Counted from the stretch's first letter, positions 28,447 to 38,314 are shown. The stretch: DNA of 64,000 nt from an uncultured Gemmatimonadaceae bacterium (GCA_963761305.1 CAVXGK010000002.1:1536001-1600000), one strand, 5' to 3'. Numbers and translations are program-made. The notes: a model not told the origin generated them from the letters alone.

Positions 28447-31400
28447 CCGCCGCCGCGCGCGACTCCACCTGGCACTCCGCCTCCATTCGTGCCACTGCCC
28501 GGCGCGAACACGCCGCCCGGTGTCCCCGACGTGCCCGATCTCACCGCGGCCAGATAGCGTAGATCGAGATACGCCATGATCAGATCGGGGAGCTTGCGCT
28601 GTTGTTCGGGCGTCAGCAGAGTCCTCACGGACGGCACGATCCCCACCAGCACGTCGACCGACGCCTCACGCGCGCGGCGGTAGCGTTGATATGCATCGCC
28701 CTGATCGTACGCCTCCGGCAGCGACGCGTAGTACCTCGCGACCGGCGTCCAGATCGAGTCGAGTTGGATCACGTATCGGCGATTCATCGTCGCCACGCTG
28801 TCTGCCTGCACGGACGTGAGGCCGAGCGTCGCCGCGTCGCGGAGAATCGCGTCCAACGGATTGATGATCCCGCCCGAACCATACGCCAGCCGCAGCATCG
28901 GCTCCGACACCTTCGTCCCGCCGGACGTGCGCCCGCGATCGAGCGTCTGCGTGAGCGCCTGGCGCTCGCGCGACGGTCCGACGTCGACTCTCAGCGATGC
29001 CGTGAGCGTCACCGGAGTCCGAATCGCGCTCGCGAACTGGCTCGTGTTTCCAAATCGCTGATTGACCTGGTACGTGTACGACAACGTCTGCGGGTCGAAG
29101 CCGCGCACGAACAGCAGGCGCGGATCCGGGAAGGCCGCCTGCCCCCATCCGTGCGTGTGGTTCTCGCCATGAAGCAGATAGTCCGCCGCACCGAGCGGAT
29201 TGCCGATGACGAACGACAGCGTCGCGCGTTGCGGGAGCCGAACGCGAACCGGATTGAGTGCGATGGTCATGAACGCCGTCGACGTCCACGGGCCCTCGCA
29301 GCTGTTTCTGGCCGCGAGTTGGCCGAGCTGCTGGTCAAGGCAGTCGCGCACTCGCGATGATGAGCTCGCGAGCAGCGCCGACATGTCCGAGGCGAGCGCC
29401 GCATTGGCGGGCGCCGAGCGCGTGGGATCGACGATGAACGCGCGATCGTTGGCGTAGCCGTCGCCGTTCACGTCGCTCGCGACCATCGGCGTGAACGGCA
29501 TGCCTGACAGGAATCGCTGAATCCAGTTCACCCGCACGACGTCGAACACGTTGCTGCCCACGTTGGCGATCACCTGATGCCGCCAGTCGGCCGACGACCG
29601 GCCGCCGGATTCGTCGAACGGATTGCCGACGGTGCTGGCGAAACCGCTCGCGTTGTCGCGCACGCTGTTGAGCGTGTAGCTCAGCCCCCACGTGTATTGG
29701 GAGTTCACCGACGCGGGTGAGAGCGAGATCGTGAGCTGTTTGCTCGTGGACGTGAGATTCGAGCGGAGCTCGGTCACGCGATTGAACTCGGGCGTGACCC
29801 GCCCGTCGAGCGGCGCGATCGCTCCCGTGCCGGGCACGATGCTCGTCGGGTCGACGAACACGGGCCGCCCGTCTTCGCCGGGCAACGTGAAGCGCGTCGT
29901 CGGGTCGACGTTCAGGTCGACGAACCCCGGCTGGTTCATGTTGCGCGAGAAGGTCGTCGTGATCGTCGCCATCGCGCGGTTGTCGAGCACCGCGCCGGCC
30001 CACTGCAGCGTCGACCGCAGACTTCGTTGCGACGCGTAGTTCGGCGCGAACAGCGTCACGTTCGGGCCGGTGTTCGCAAACGGCGTCCCACTGCCGAGGG
30101 TCCCGTCGAGGCACTCGCTCGGAACCGAGCCCGGATCGGCGGCGTAGGCGTGCCAGTCGGGAATCGGCGTCGCGCTCCCGACGCACGTGATCTGCTGCTG
30201 CCCGCCGAGGAGCCCGGAGTTCACCATCGCCTGACTCGGCAGCGACGCGCTGAGTGAATTCTGAAAGAGCCCGATCCCACCGCGCACCACGGCGCGCGGA
30301 AGCCTCGCCGCGCCGTCGAACGCGCCGATCTGTGGCGCTGTGCCGTATGTCCACGAGAATCCGACCCGCGGGCTCACGTACAGCCCGTTGGGCACGTTGT
30401 CGTTTCGAACGTCGAACAGATTCTCCACGTCCGAGTTCAGCGTGGGGCGCTGCGGGTAACGATTGGCGTCGACGCGAGCGCCGTATACGATCTGCAAGTC
30501 GGGCGTTGGACGATACGAGTCGCCGAGCGAGAGGCCACCGATCCACTCGCCGCCGCTCGCCCGAGTCGGCGTCAACTCACGCGTGAACGACGCCGGTTGA
30601 TTCGCCGCCAGATCGGCGAGCGAGTTGAACGTGAACGTGCCGAGCCCGTTGTTCGCCTGATCGATCGAGTAGCCGTCGCGCCGGATCTCGCTCGTCAACT
30701 TCACGCGGTGCTTGTTGTTGGCGCTGAACCACGAGAGCTGATTGGTGAGATCGATCGAGTTGTTCGTCGTGCTCGTGCTGGCCGACGTTCCGCCGAACGC
30801 GATCGACTGGACGCCGCTCGTGCCGTCGGGGAACGCGGAGTTGACGATGACGTTGCCGCTCGAGAGGTCGAGGTACGGCGTGAGATAGCGATGCGCCGCG
30901 CTGTAGCCGATCGCGCTCTCACTCAGCACTCCAAAGCCGAAGAAGCCGCTGTGATGCGCCTGCAGTGCGCCGTTCCACGACGTCGCGTTGAAGCTCGCCG
31001 CCGGCAGCATCGTACTCAGTGCCGACGCCGGCGACGACCGGTTCCATGCGCCCTGGAACGTGAGGTTGTACGCCTGCCCGCTGGTCGACGACGGCGGTGT
31101 GAGATCGAGGCTGCCGAGGATGAGCCCTTGGTCGCTCAACCGATCGCTCGGAAATCCGCCGACGGTGGCCGGCACGTGCGCACCGCTGAGAATGTCGATC
31201 AGCCGGTGGAGCGAATCCGCCGCGATGCCGTCGGCCTCGAGTCCGAGCGAATCGGTGTTCAGCAGGGTGTGGAGGTCGTTCCCCCTTCGCCCAAACTGGT
31301 ACGCCATACTATAGAAGGCCTTGTCGAGCGCGAACGGGCCCGACACCGCACCGCCGACATTCGCGTTCGTGTATTGCTGGCCAAGGGCGCGTCCGGTCGC

Positions 31401-32201
31401 GTCGGTCCACTCCAACTGCGGGGCATTGAACAGAACGCTCGACGCCCGGTTGATGTAGTTGGATCCTGGAATCGTCCGGATGTTGATGCGCCCGCCGCTG
31501 AACTGTCCCTGCGATACGTCGTACGGCGACGTGGCGAGGCTCACCGACACGCCCGCGTCGCGCGGGATGTCCGTCGCGCCGCTGTTGAGACCATTGAGCG
31601 ACGTGGCGTTCTGGTCCTGGTCGAGGCCGAGCACCGAGATGCCCGACGGATCACCGTTCACACCCTGCACGTACAGCACGCCCGGAAGCGTCGCCGCCAT
31701 CGCCGCCAGCTCACCGACTTGATCGGGCGGCACGAGCCCCGACATGATCGACTTCTCGGTGCCGCTGATGTCTGGTGCCGTCGCGCCGCGCACGGGACGA
31801 TTGCGATTGCGCTCGCCCGTTGTGACGACCGTGTCGAGCACGGCGCCGATCGGCGTGAGGCGCGCGTCGCCGAGGAGAATGTCTTGGTCGGCGGTGCGCT
31901 TGACCTCGACGCGTCGCGGCGAGAACCCGATCACCACGAACGTGATGAAGTAGTCGCCTTCCGCCTCGGGGAACGTGATCGTGTAGCGGCCGTCCTTGTC
32001 GGTCTTTGCGGCCCGGTTCACGTTGCCGGTGAGCGACGTGGCGGTGACCGAAACGTTGGCGATCGGTGAGGCATCCACAGCGGCCGACGTCACCCGCCCG
32101 CGGATGACGTCGACCTGCGCGCCGAGCCCCGGCCCGTCGCCTCCCCCGACGACGACGAGCGCGGCGCTCAGTCCGATCGCGAGAACGACTCCGCGGAGCA
32201 T
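28443..32201 (-). CDS. Oar-like TonB-dependent receptor with N-terminal carboxypeptidase-regulatory-like domain and C-terminal helical extension
   Basis: IRGRVT..TDKDGRYTI, plug YDVSQGQFSGG, YGARVD, SPRVGFSW, SGMPFTP..DVNGDG..NDR. Confidence 0.8.
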   Translation of the reverse strand: MLRGVVLAIGLSAALVVVGGGDGPGLGAQVDVIRGRVTSAAVDASPIANVSVTATSLTGNVNRAAKTDKDGRYTITFPEAEGDYFITFVVIGFSPRRVEVKRTADQDILLGDARLTPIGAVLDTVVTTGERNRNRPVRGATAPDISGTEKSIMSGLVPPDQVGELAAMAATLPGVLYVQGVNGDPSGISVLGLDQDQNATSLNGLNSGATDIPRDAGVSVSLATSPYDVSQGQFSGGRINIRTIPGSNYINRASSVLFNAPQLEWTDATGRALGQQYTNANVGGAVSGPFALDKAFYSMAYQFGRRGNDLHTLLNTDSLGLEADGIAADSLHRLIDILSGAHVPATVGGFPSDRLSDQGLILGSLDLTPPSSTSGQAYNLTFQGAWNRSSPASALSTMLPAASFNATSWNGALQAHHSGFFGFGVLSESAIGYSAAHRYLTPYLDLSSGNVIVNSAFPDGTSGVQSIAFGGTSASTSTTNNSIDLTNQLSWFSANNKHRVKLTSEIRRDGYSIDQANNGLGTFTFNSLADLAANQPASFTRELTPTRASGGEWIGGLSLGDSYRPTPDLQIVYGARVDANRYPQRPTLNSDVENLFDVRNDNVPNGLYVSPRVGFSWTYGTAPQIGAFDGAARLPRAVVRGGIGLFQNSLSASLPSQAMVNSGLLGGQQQITCVGSATPIPDWHAYAADPGSVPSECLDGTLGSGTPFANTGPNVTLFAPNYASQRSLRSTLQWAGAVLDNRAMATITTTFSRNMNQPGFVDLNVDPTTRFTLPGEDGRPVFVDPTSIVPGTGAIAPLDGRVTPEFNRVTELRSNLTSTSKQLTISLSPASVNSQYTWGLSYTLNSVRDNASGFASTVGNPFDESGGRSSADWRHQVIANVGSNVFDVVRVNWIQRFLSGMPFTPMVASDVNGDGYANDRAFIVDPTRSAPANAALASDMSALLASSSSRVRDCLDQQLGQLAARNSCEGPWTSTAFMTIALNPVRVRLPQRATLSFVIGNPLGAADYLLHGENHTHGWGQAAFPDPRLLFVRGFDPQTLSYTYQVNQRFGNTSQFASAIRTPVTLTASLRVDVGPSRERQALTQTLDRGRTSGGTKVSEPMLRLAYGSGGIINPLDAILRDAATLGLTSVQADSVATMNRRYVIQLDSIWTPVARYYASLPEAYDQGDAYQRYRRAREASVDVLVGIVPSVRTLLTPEQQRKLPDLIMAYLDLRYLAAVRSGTSGTPGGVFAPGSGTNGGGVPGGVARGGG

Positions 32202-32205
32202 CGCA

Positions 32206-34209
32206 CTATCTCGGCGGAGTCTCGATCGTACGGCGCACTTCGATCACGATATGCGACTGGAGCGTCGCGCGGTCGCCGTCGTCCGACAACAGCGACGCCA
32301 AGGCCGCCGCGCTCTCCGGCGACATCGTGACCAGATTCGAGAATCCGCGCCGAGCGATGATCGTGCCCGGTATGGGCGGATTCGTCGCGCGAATGTCCGC
32401 CTGCATCTTGGCGATGATCACACGCGCGTCGGACTGCTGCTGCGGCGTGAGCGGAATTCCGTCGAAGAAGCGACGGAACGCCAGCTCGACCGCGTCGGCC
32501 GCCGCCGTTGGACCGACGCCGCCACCTCCGCGCGCGCCGCCTCGTCCCCCACCTCCCCCGCCGCCGGGGAGCGGTCCGGCGAACCCACCGCCGCCGACGC
32601 GCGCGCCGCGGCCGGCCGCGATTAGCAAAGTGGTATCCCCGACGAGCGTGGCCGATCTTCCGCCGCCGCGACCCGCGGCCATCTGCGGGGCGAATCGCGT
32701 GTGCAGCAACGCGCGGTCGGCGTCGTTCGTGAGCAACGCTTCCAGCCCGGAGTCGGCCTGTGCTTGCATGGCTTGGCGGAGCGGTGCCGCGGCGACCAAC
32801 GCCTTGATCGCGTTGGCCATCTGCGCGATCTGCGCGGCTTCCAGTTGGTTGACCAGATCGCGCGCCTTCGCTTCCTGATCCGGCGTCAACGCGATGCCGG
32901 CGAACAGATGCTCGAAAATCGAGTCCTGTTGCTGGACGCGCAAATCGAGTTGGGTGGATGCCCGCACGGTGGTGTTGCCCGGCACGACGCGTCGCTCGAG
33001 CGTCGGGCTGGTCGCGAGAGCGGCCGAGTCCTGCACGCCGGGGGCTGCGACCGTTTGACGAGGAACCGAGTCGAGATCGCGTTGGGCGGACGGCGATGGA
33101 GTCGTTCGCGGGCGCTCGGGTGCGGCGACTGAGCGCGCCGGCGCGCTCGGTGACGAGGACGCGTCGACGAGCGCCGGTCTCTGAGTGCGTACCGCCGCCG
33201 AATCAGTGCGAGGCGATGCCGACGCCGGTGCGGGCGGGACGGGCCGCGGCGAGGTGCGCGCCGGGGCGGGCGGACGCGGCGCAACCCACGCCGCGGTCAC
33301 CACGACGACGCCGATACCCGCCACGCCGAGTCGCGCGATGCGCGACGCGTGAGCGCGACGGCGGCCGATGGCGCGAATCCGGCGCTCGAGCTGCGACGCG
33401 CGCTCGGCGAACGCCGTGGCGCCCATGAGCATGAGACGTCGTCGCGGGCGCGCGACTTCCAAGAGAAGGTCGCCGTACGAGCGGGCGTCGGCGTCGCGAA
33501 GCACGCGCGCGTCGCAATCCAGTTCGACGGCGACGCGCAGCCTCATGAGCTGCCACCAGAGTGCGACGTTCCACGGCATCGCGATCAGGGCGAAGTGCGC
33601 CGCGGTGAGCAGCTGCCCGTCGCGCGCACGACGATGCTCCTCCTCGTGGCGCAGCATGAGCTCGACCTGCGACGCCTCCATGGCGAGCGTCCACTGGGGA
33701 ACGACGATCGCCGGCGAGAGGGCGCCGACCAGCGCGGGTCCGGTCGACTCTGACACGAGAACTTCGACTCCTTGCAACGTGTCGCGGCGCCACCAGCGAC
33801 GCATCCAATTCAGCGCGATCATTCCGCAGAGGAAGTGCGCGACGAGCGCGGACGACAGCGTCAACCATGCGATCGTGAGCGGCGTGTCGGCGTGAGCCAA
33901 CGTCGCGCGCCAATTCCAGCCCGGCCCGGTATTCGTGGCGGTCACTGCGGCCCCGGTCGACGCGACCGCCGAAGAGTCCAGAGATGAGGAATTTGGCATC
34001 TCGGCGACGACGGGCGCTTGGGGCACGACGACGGCGGCGCGAGGCGCGAATCGAAACGCGGCCGCCGGCACGAGCACCGACAACAGCACAGCGCTGGTCC
34101 AGACGTGGCGCACCGGTCCGCGGCCGGCGAGCACTCGCTCGGCAACGACAGCGGCGAGCGACAAGGCGACTGCGCACAGCGTGCAGTAGAGCATCCAGGC
34201 GGCGATCAT
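32206..34209 (-). CDS. BlaR1/MecR1-like M56 metallopeptidase with periplasmic C-terminal region
   Basis: GPALVG..PAIVVP, HEEEH, PWN..W..LRVAVELDCDARVL, LERRI. ATGA overlap with blaI. Confidence 0.88.
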   Translation of the reverse strand: MIAAWMLYCTLCAVALSLAAVVAERVLAGRGPVRHVWTSAVLLSVLVPAAAFRFAPRAAVVVPQAPVVAEMPNSSSLDSSAVASTGAAVTATNTGPGWNWRATLAHADTPLTIAWLTLSSALVAHFLCGMIALNWMRRWWRRDTLQGVEVLVSESTGPALVGALSPAIVVPQWTLAMEASQVELMLRHEEEHRRARDGQLLTAAHFALIAMPWNVALWWQLMRLRVAVELDCDARVLRDADARSYGDLLLEVARPRRRLMLMGATAFAERASQLERRIRAIGRRRAHASRIARLGVAGIGVVVVTAAWVAPRPPAPARTSPRPVPPAPASASPRTDSAAVRTQRPALVDASSSPSAPARSVAAPERPRTTPSPSAQRDLDSVPRQTVAAPGVQDSAALATSPTLERRVVPGNTTVRASTQLDLRVQQQDSIFEHLFAGIALTPDQEAKARDLVNQLEAAQIAQMANAIKALVAAAPLRQAMQAQADSGLEALLTNDADRALLHTRFAPQMAAGRGGGRSATLVGDTTLLIAAGRGARVGGGGFAGPLPGGGGGGGRGGARGGGGVGPTAAADAVELAFRRFFDGIPLTPQQQSDARVIIAKMQADIRATNPPIPGTIIARRGFSNLVTMSPESAAALASLLSDDGDRATLQSHIVIEVRRTIETPPR

Positions 34210-34580
34210 TTGCCGGTCTCCCGCAGTTTCTCGTCGAGGAGTCGGCGAAGCCGTTTCAACTCGGCCGGAGTCACGCTTCGCTCGGTAACCAGGTGGGTCA
34301 GCAGCCGCTCGGTCGAACCGCCGAAGAGTTTTTCGACCAGCCTCGACGCCGCCGTGGCACCGGCGATGTCCTGCTTGACCCGGGCTTGAAAGCGGTGCGC
34401 CTTCCCTTCTTCGGTGTGCGTGACGTAGCCCTTGTTCTCGAGCACGGTCAGCACGGTGAGGACCGTGTTGTGCGCGAGGTCGTCTCGCAATCGTCCGCGG
34501 ACCTCGGCGACGGTCGACGGCCCGCGCTCCCAGAGGATGGCCATCACGTCGAGCTCTCGATCGGTGAACGTCGGCGGCAT
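34206..34580 (-). CDS. BlaI/MecI/CopY family repressor
   Basis: TDRELDVMAILW..GPSTV, HNTVLTVLTVLENKGYV, LVEKLFGGS. Confidence 0.93.
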   Translation of the reverse strand: MPPTFTDRELDVMAILWERGPSTVAEVRGRLRDDLAHNTVLTVLTVLENKGYVTHTEEGKAHRFQARVKQDIAGATAASRLVEKLFGGSTERLLTHLVTERSVTPAELKRLRRLLDEKLRETGK

Positions 34581-34652
34581 CCGCTCCTCCCACGTTTCTC
34601 GGTGAACCTTGCATCGACCGCCGCGCGCTCAGAGCGAGGCCGGGGCGACCGC

Positions 34653-34702
34653 TATCTCCTAGATTTATAGGAGATAATGGGACGACGGCCGCCGGTTGTC
34701 AA
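34653..34702 (-). promoter_or_regulatory. Sigma70 promoter with overlapping palindromic operator for the blaI operon
   Basis: Minus strand TTGACA (34702-34697), N17, CATTAT (34679-34674). Perfect inverted repeat TATCTCCTA-N6-TAGGAGATA at 34653-34676. Confidence 0.75.
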
Positions 34703-34739
34703 TAGTACGGGTCATCGCCCTGAAACGTTCGCGCCGGCG

Positions 34740-35588
34740 TCAGCCCCGCTTCGCAGCGTGGTATTCGCGCCGGATCCGGTCGAGGTCGACCGTCGGCTCG
34801 GGGTAGCGCATCTTCAGCCCTTCGAGGGTCGCGACCACGATCCGCGCGATCGCCAGATTGCGGAACCACTTGTGGTCCGACGGGATGACGAACCACGGCG
34901 CGTGCTTGGTGCTGCACCGGGACAACGCGTCGTCGTACGCGTCGACGTAGTCGTCCCAATACTTGCGCTCGGCATAGTCGGCCTCGCTGATCTTCCACTG
35001 CTTCGACGGATCGTCGAGGCGGGCCTTGAAGCGCTTGAGCTGTTCCTGCTTGGAGATGTGCAGGAAGAACTTGAGGATGTGCGTCCCTTCGGCGGCCAGC
35101 TCCTCCTCGAAGGCGTTGATCTGCTCGTAGCGACGCGACCACGTGGACTTGGATACGAGCTTGTGGACGCGGGCGACGAGCACGTCCTCGTAGTGCGAGC
35201 GGTTGAAGATCACGACCTCACCCTTGGCCGGGACAGCGCGGTGAATCCGCCAGAGGAAGTCGTGGGACAGTTCCTCCACGGACGGCGCCTTGAACGCGAC
35301 CGCTCGGCAGCCCTGCGGGTTCATGGCGCCGAAGATGTGGCTGATCGCCCCGTCCTTGCCCGACGTGTCCATGCCCTGGAGGCAGATCAGCAGCGAGCGT
35401 GCATGCTCCGCGTAGAGCACGTTCTGAAGCTCGCGCAGCCGCTTGGTGTCGGCGTCGAGCACACCCGCCGCTTGGGATTCGTTGATCTCAGGATCCTTGT
35501 ATCCAGGATCGACGCGTTCGAGCTTCGTTCGTAATCCCGGAGCGATTCTGAAGCGCTCGACGTAGTCCATCGACTTCGCGGGCGTCAT
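34740..35588 (-). CDS. ppk2: Polyphosphate kinase 2 family phosphotransferase
   Basis: QGMDTSGKDG, HDFLWR, FNRSHYEDVL, KFFLHISK, APWFVIPSDHKW. Confidence 0.92.
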   Translation of the reverse strand: MTPAKSMDYVERFRIAPGLRTKLERVDPGYKDPEINESQAAGVLDADTKRLRELQNVLYAEHARSLLICLQGMDTSGKDGAISHIFGAMNPQGCRAVAFKAPSVEELSHDFLWRIHRAVPAKGEVVIFNRSHYEDVLVARVHKLVSKSTWSRRYEQINAFEEELAAEGTHILKFFLHISKQEQLKRFKARLDDPSKQWKISEADYAERKYWDDYVDAYDDALSRCSTKHAPWFVIPSDHKWFRNLAIARIVVATLEGLKMRYPEPTVDLDRIRREYHAAKRG

Positions 35589-36919
35589 CGCGCGGTCACG
35601 AGCACGGCGACGCGATCCGGCTCGGTCGGTGAGGCATTCGGCAGCGTGAGCGTTACGCCGGTGCCCGACTCCGCGACGTCGACGCGCTCGCCGGTTCCCA
35701 GCATCGACGCGCGCACCACTCGCGCGCCGAGTGGCGGCAACGACAGTTGGCGATCCGGCCAATCGAGCACATGCACGAACACGGTGTCGCCGCGGCGCGT
35801 CGTCGCACCCCACGCTCGCGGGCTCACCGGACCGCCGCGTGTTCCGTAGATGGAGCGTCCGTACGTGCGCAGCCAATCGCCGATCGCCCGCAGCCGTTCG
35901 ATCGCTTCCGGTTGAATCGTCCCGTCCGGCCGAGGGCCGATGTTGAGCAGCAGGTTGCCGTCGTTCCCCGCGGCGCGGACGAGGTAGCCGATCAGCTCTC
36001 TTACCGACTTGAACTTCTTGTCGGTGATGTTGAACCCCCACGACTGGTTCATCGTAAGCGAGGTCTCGAGCGGCAGCGTGCCGATCTCGTTGGTGTTGAA
36101 ACCCGCCGTATTCGCGCCCGGCAAGTCCTGCTCGAACGTCTGTACGTCTTCGCCGGGCTTCGGCGCGTTGTGATGGTTGGGAACGATGAGCGCCGCGGGC
36201 TGAAGGCGATGGATGAGCGCGTACGTCTTCGTCAATCGCCAGTCGGCGTCGGGCTTGTCCCACATCCCGTCGAACCAGATGCCGCCGACCGGCCCGTAGT
36301 TGGTCAGCAACTCGGTGAGCTGTGCATCGAGGAAGTCGAGGTAGCGATTCCAGTCTCCCGACTCGGGGCGGCCGGTCGCGTGCCCCGTGCGACCGCGCGG
36401 CCAGTAGTCGGGATGATGCCAGTCGAGTTGCGAGTAATAGAAGAAGAGTTTGATGCCATTCGCTCGGCATTCGGCGGCAAGATCTTTCATCGGATCGCGC
36501 GCGAACGGCGTCCAATCGACGATGTTGTAGCGTGTCGCCTTGGTGGCGAACATCGAGAAGCCGTCGTGATGCCGCGCGGTGATGGTGATGTACCGAACGC
36601 CGGCGGCCTTGGCCGTCGCGACCCACGCGTGTGCGTCGAACTTGACGGGGTTGAACGCCGAGGCGAGCCACTCGTAGGTATCCACGGGAATGCCGCGATT
36701 CTCCATCACCCACTCGCCCTGGCCGAGCTGGCTGTACACGCCCCAGTGGATGAACATCCCGAACCGGGCGTCGCGGAACCACTCGCGCGCGGCGAGGCGT
36801 TCGGCCGGTACTTGCTCGCCGTTCTGTGCGCGGGCGGATCCGGCGACGGCCAGTTGGGATGCGGCGACTGCCGCGATGAGCAGCGACGCGCGAACGCCGA
36901 ATCTCCGTAACGTCGACAC
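35585..36919 (-). CDS. Alpha-L-fucosidase, GH29
   Basis: WFRDARFGMFIHWG, RHHDGF, IWFDG, NLLLNIGP; signal peptide. Confidence 0.92.
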   Translation of the reverse strand: MSTLRRFGVRASLLIAAVAASQLAVAGSARAQNGEQVPAERLAAREWFRDARFGMFIHWGVYSQLGQGEWVMENRGIPVDTYEWLASAFNPVKFDAHAWVATAKAAGVRYITITARHHDGFSMFATKATRYNIVDWTPFARDPMKDLAAECRANGIKLFFYYSQLDWHHPDYWPRGRTGHATGRPESGDWNRYLDFLDAQLTELLTNYGPVGGIWFDGMWDKPDADWRLTKTYALIHRLQPAALIVPNHHNAPKPGEDVQTFEQDLPGANTAGFNTNEIGTLPLETSLTMNQSWGFNITDKKFKSVRELIGYLVRAAGNDGNLLLNIGPRPDGTIQPEAIERLRAIGDWLRTYGRSIYGTRGGPVSPRAWGATTRRGDTVFVHVLDWPDRQLSLPPLGARVVRASMLGTGERVDVAESGTGVTLTLPNASPTEPDRVAVLVTAR

Positions 36920-36935
36920 GTCGGTCGTTGGGCGG

Positions 36936-37322
36936 CTACGACGAGCGACTGATCGGCGTCAGCACGAACGTCGCGAGCATTACGAGAAGGCCGAGTCCAT
37001 ACCACTGCGACTCGTTCGTCAGCAGGAACAAGACGCCGCCGAACAACGCTGGAGCCTCGCCGATCACCCAGAGTTGAATGAGACCGTTGTTCCGTTCGAG
37101 TCCGTCGGGGGCGCGAGCCACGCGCCCGCGCATGGCAAGTACCGCGACCATCGCGAGCACGGAGAGCGCGACTTGCGCGTTTCGCAGCGCCGCCGGTTGG
37201 ACCGAGACCGGAAACCGCGCGCGCCAATGCAGGAACCAAACGACCGCGCCGAACGCGACGATACCAGTCCAGAGCGCGAGTCGGATGAGAGCGAGCGGCG
37301 CGGTCTGCGTTCGTGTAGCCAT
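36936..37322 (-). CDS. Small membrane protein
   Basis: About four TM helices, WVIGEAPALFG; GAGG RBS. Confidence 0.65.
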   Translation of the reverse strand: MATRTQTAPLALIRLALWTGIVAFGAVVWFLHWRARFPVSVQPAALRNAQVALSVLAMVAVLAMRGRVARAPDGLERNNGLIQLWVIGEAPALFGGVLFLLTNESQWYGLGLLVMLATFVLTPISRSS

Positions 37323-37479
37323 CGCGCACCTCGTGTGGGGGGAGGGACGTCGGCGAAGAACGTACGCGCCGACCGGCGGGGCGGACAAGCGCCGAGGGGG
37401 GAACGCGTCGCGCTTGACGAACGATCCCGATCTTCGCATCGTGCATGCGGCGCCGATCCGCGCCCAACCTCTCGAGACT

Positions 37480-37575
37480 CCGCCCCAGCCGGAGTCGAGT
37501 GCGAGGCAAAGGGGGGCAGACTCCCGGATCCGTTCGTCGGCCCTTTGCGTCACCGCGTGCGCTGCTGGGGGGTGG
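37480..37575 (+). ncRNA. Candidate structured cis-regulatory leader RNA
   Basis: Nested stems CCCCAGC/GCTGGGG and GCAAAGGG/CCCTTTGC, downstream of a TTGACG-N17-CATCGT promoter candidate. Confidence 0.45.
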
Positions 37576-37604
37576 CCCGTGGTGTAGCCAAAGGAGACCA
37601 GACG

Positions 37605-38314
37605 ATGCCCAGCCAGAAAGACTTGAAGCGCCTCGTGCGCGCTCGTATGCAGAAAACCGGCGAGGCCTACACCGCCGCCCGCGCTCAACTGCTCGCCAAG
37701 CCTTCGCGTGCACGCACCACGAAAGAGACCGCGCGTTCCGCGCCACCCGCCGCGACTACCCCAAGCTCGCCGGAATGAGCGACGTGATCGTCAAACAGAA
37801 AACAGGCGGCACGTGGGACCGATGGGTCCGCGCGCTCGATCAACTCGGCGCTGCTGACATGAAGCACCGAGACATCGTGGACGTCCTGCGCACGAAGTAC
37901 AAGGCGGACGCATGGTGGTCGCAGATGGTGACCGTCGGCTATGAGCGCATCAAGGGGTTGCGTGCGCGCGGCCAACGGCGTGACGGCAGCTATGCGGCGA
38001 CCAAGTCGCGGACGTTCAACGTCCCGGTCGCCACCCTGCACCGCGCCTTCGCCGATGCAAGCCTTCGTCGCCGATGGTTGGACGAGCCGGGCGTGAAGGT
38101 CCGCACATCGATTCCACCAAAGTCGGTGCGACTCGGCTGCGACGCGGCATCGTGGCAATCGGCTTCACGGCGAAGGGCGAGGCGAAGCACGGTCGAGTTG
38201 AGCCACGCCAAGCTGCCGAGCAAGGAGGCCGCGGCGAAGGTGAAGCGCGAGTGGTCCGAACGGTTGGCTGCGCTCGCCAACATCGTGTCTCCATCGGGGC
38301 GCGCGCGTGATTGA
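37605..38314 (+). pseudogene. DUF4287/SRPBCC-like protein with three apparent frameshifts
   Basis: AAGGAG RBS, MPSQKDLKRLVRARMQKTGEAYTAARAQLL, then a frame change near 37753 into DYPKLAGMSD..WWSQMVTVGYER. Compensating shifts near 38145 and 38188. Confidence 0.65.

Noticed and set aside
34740..36782. 680-aa ORF as a fucosidase-PPK2 fusion; likewise 32206..34614 and 12585..14630
   Set aside because: The upstream portions are off-frame overlaps of the neighbouring genes; true starts are at 35588, 34209 and 14189.
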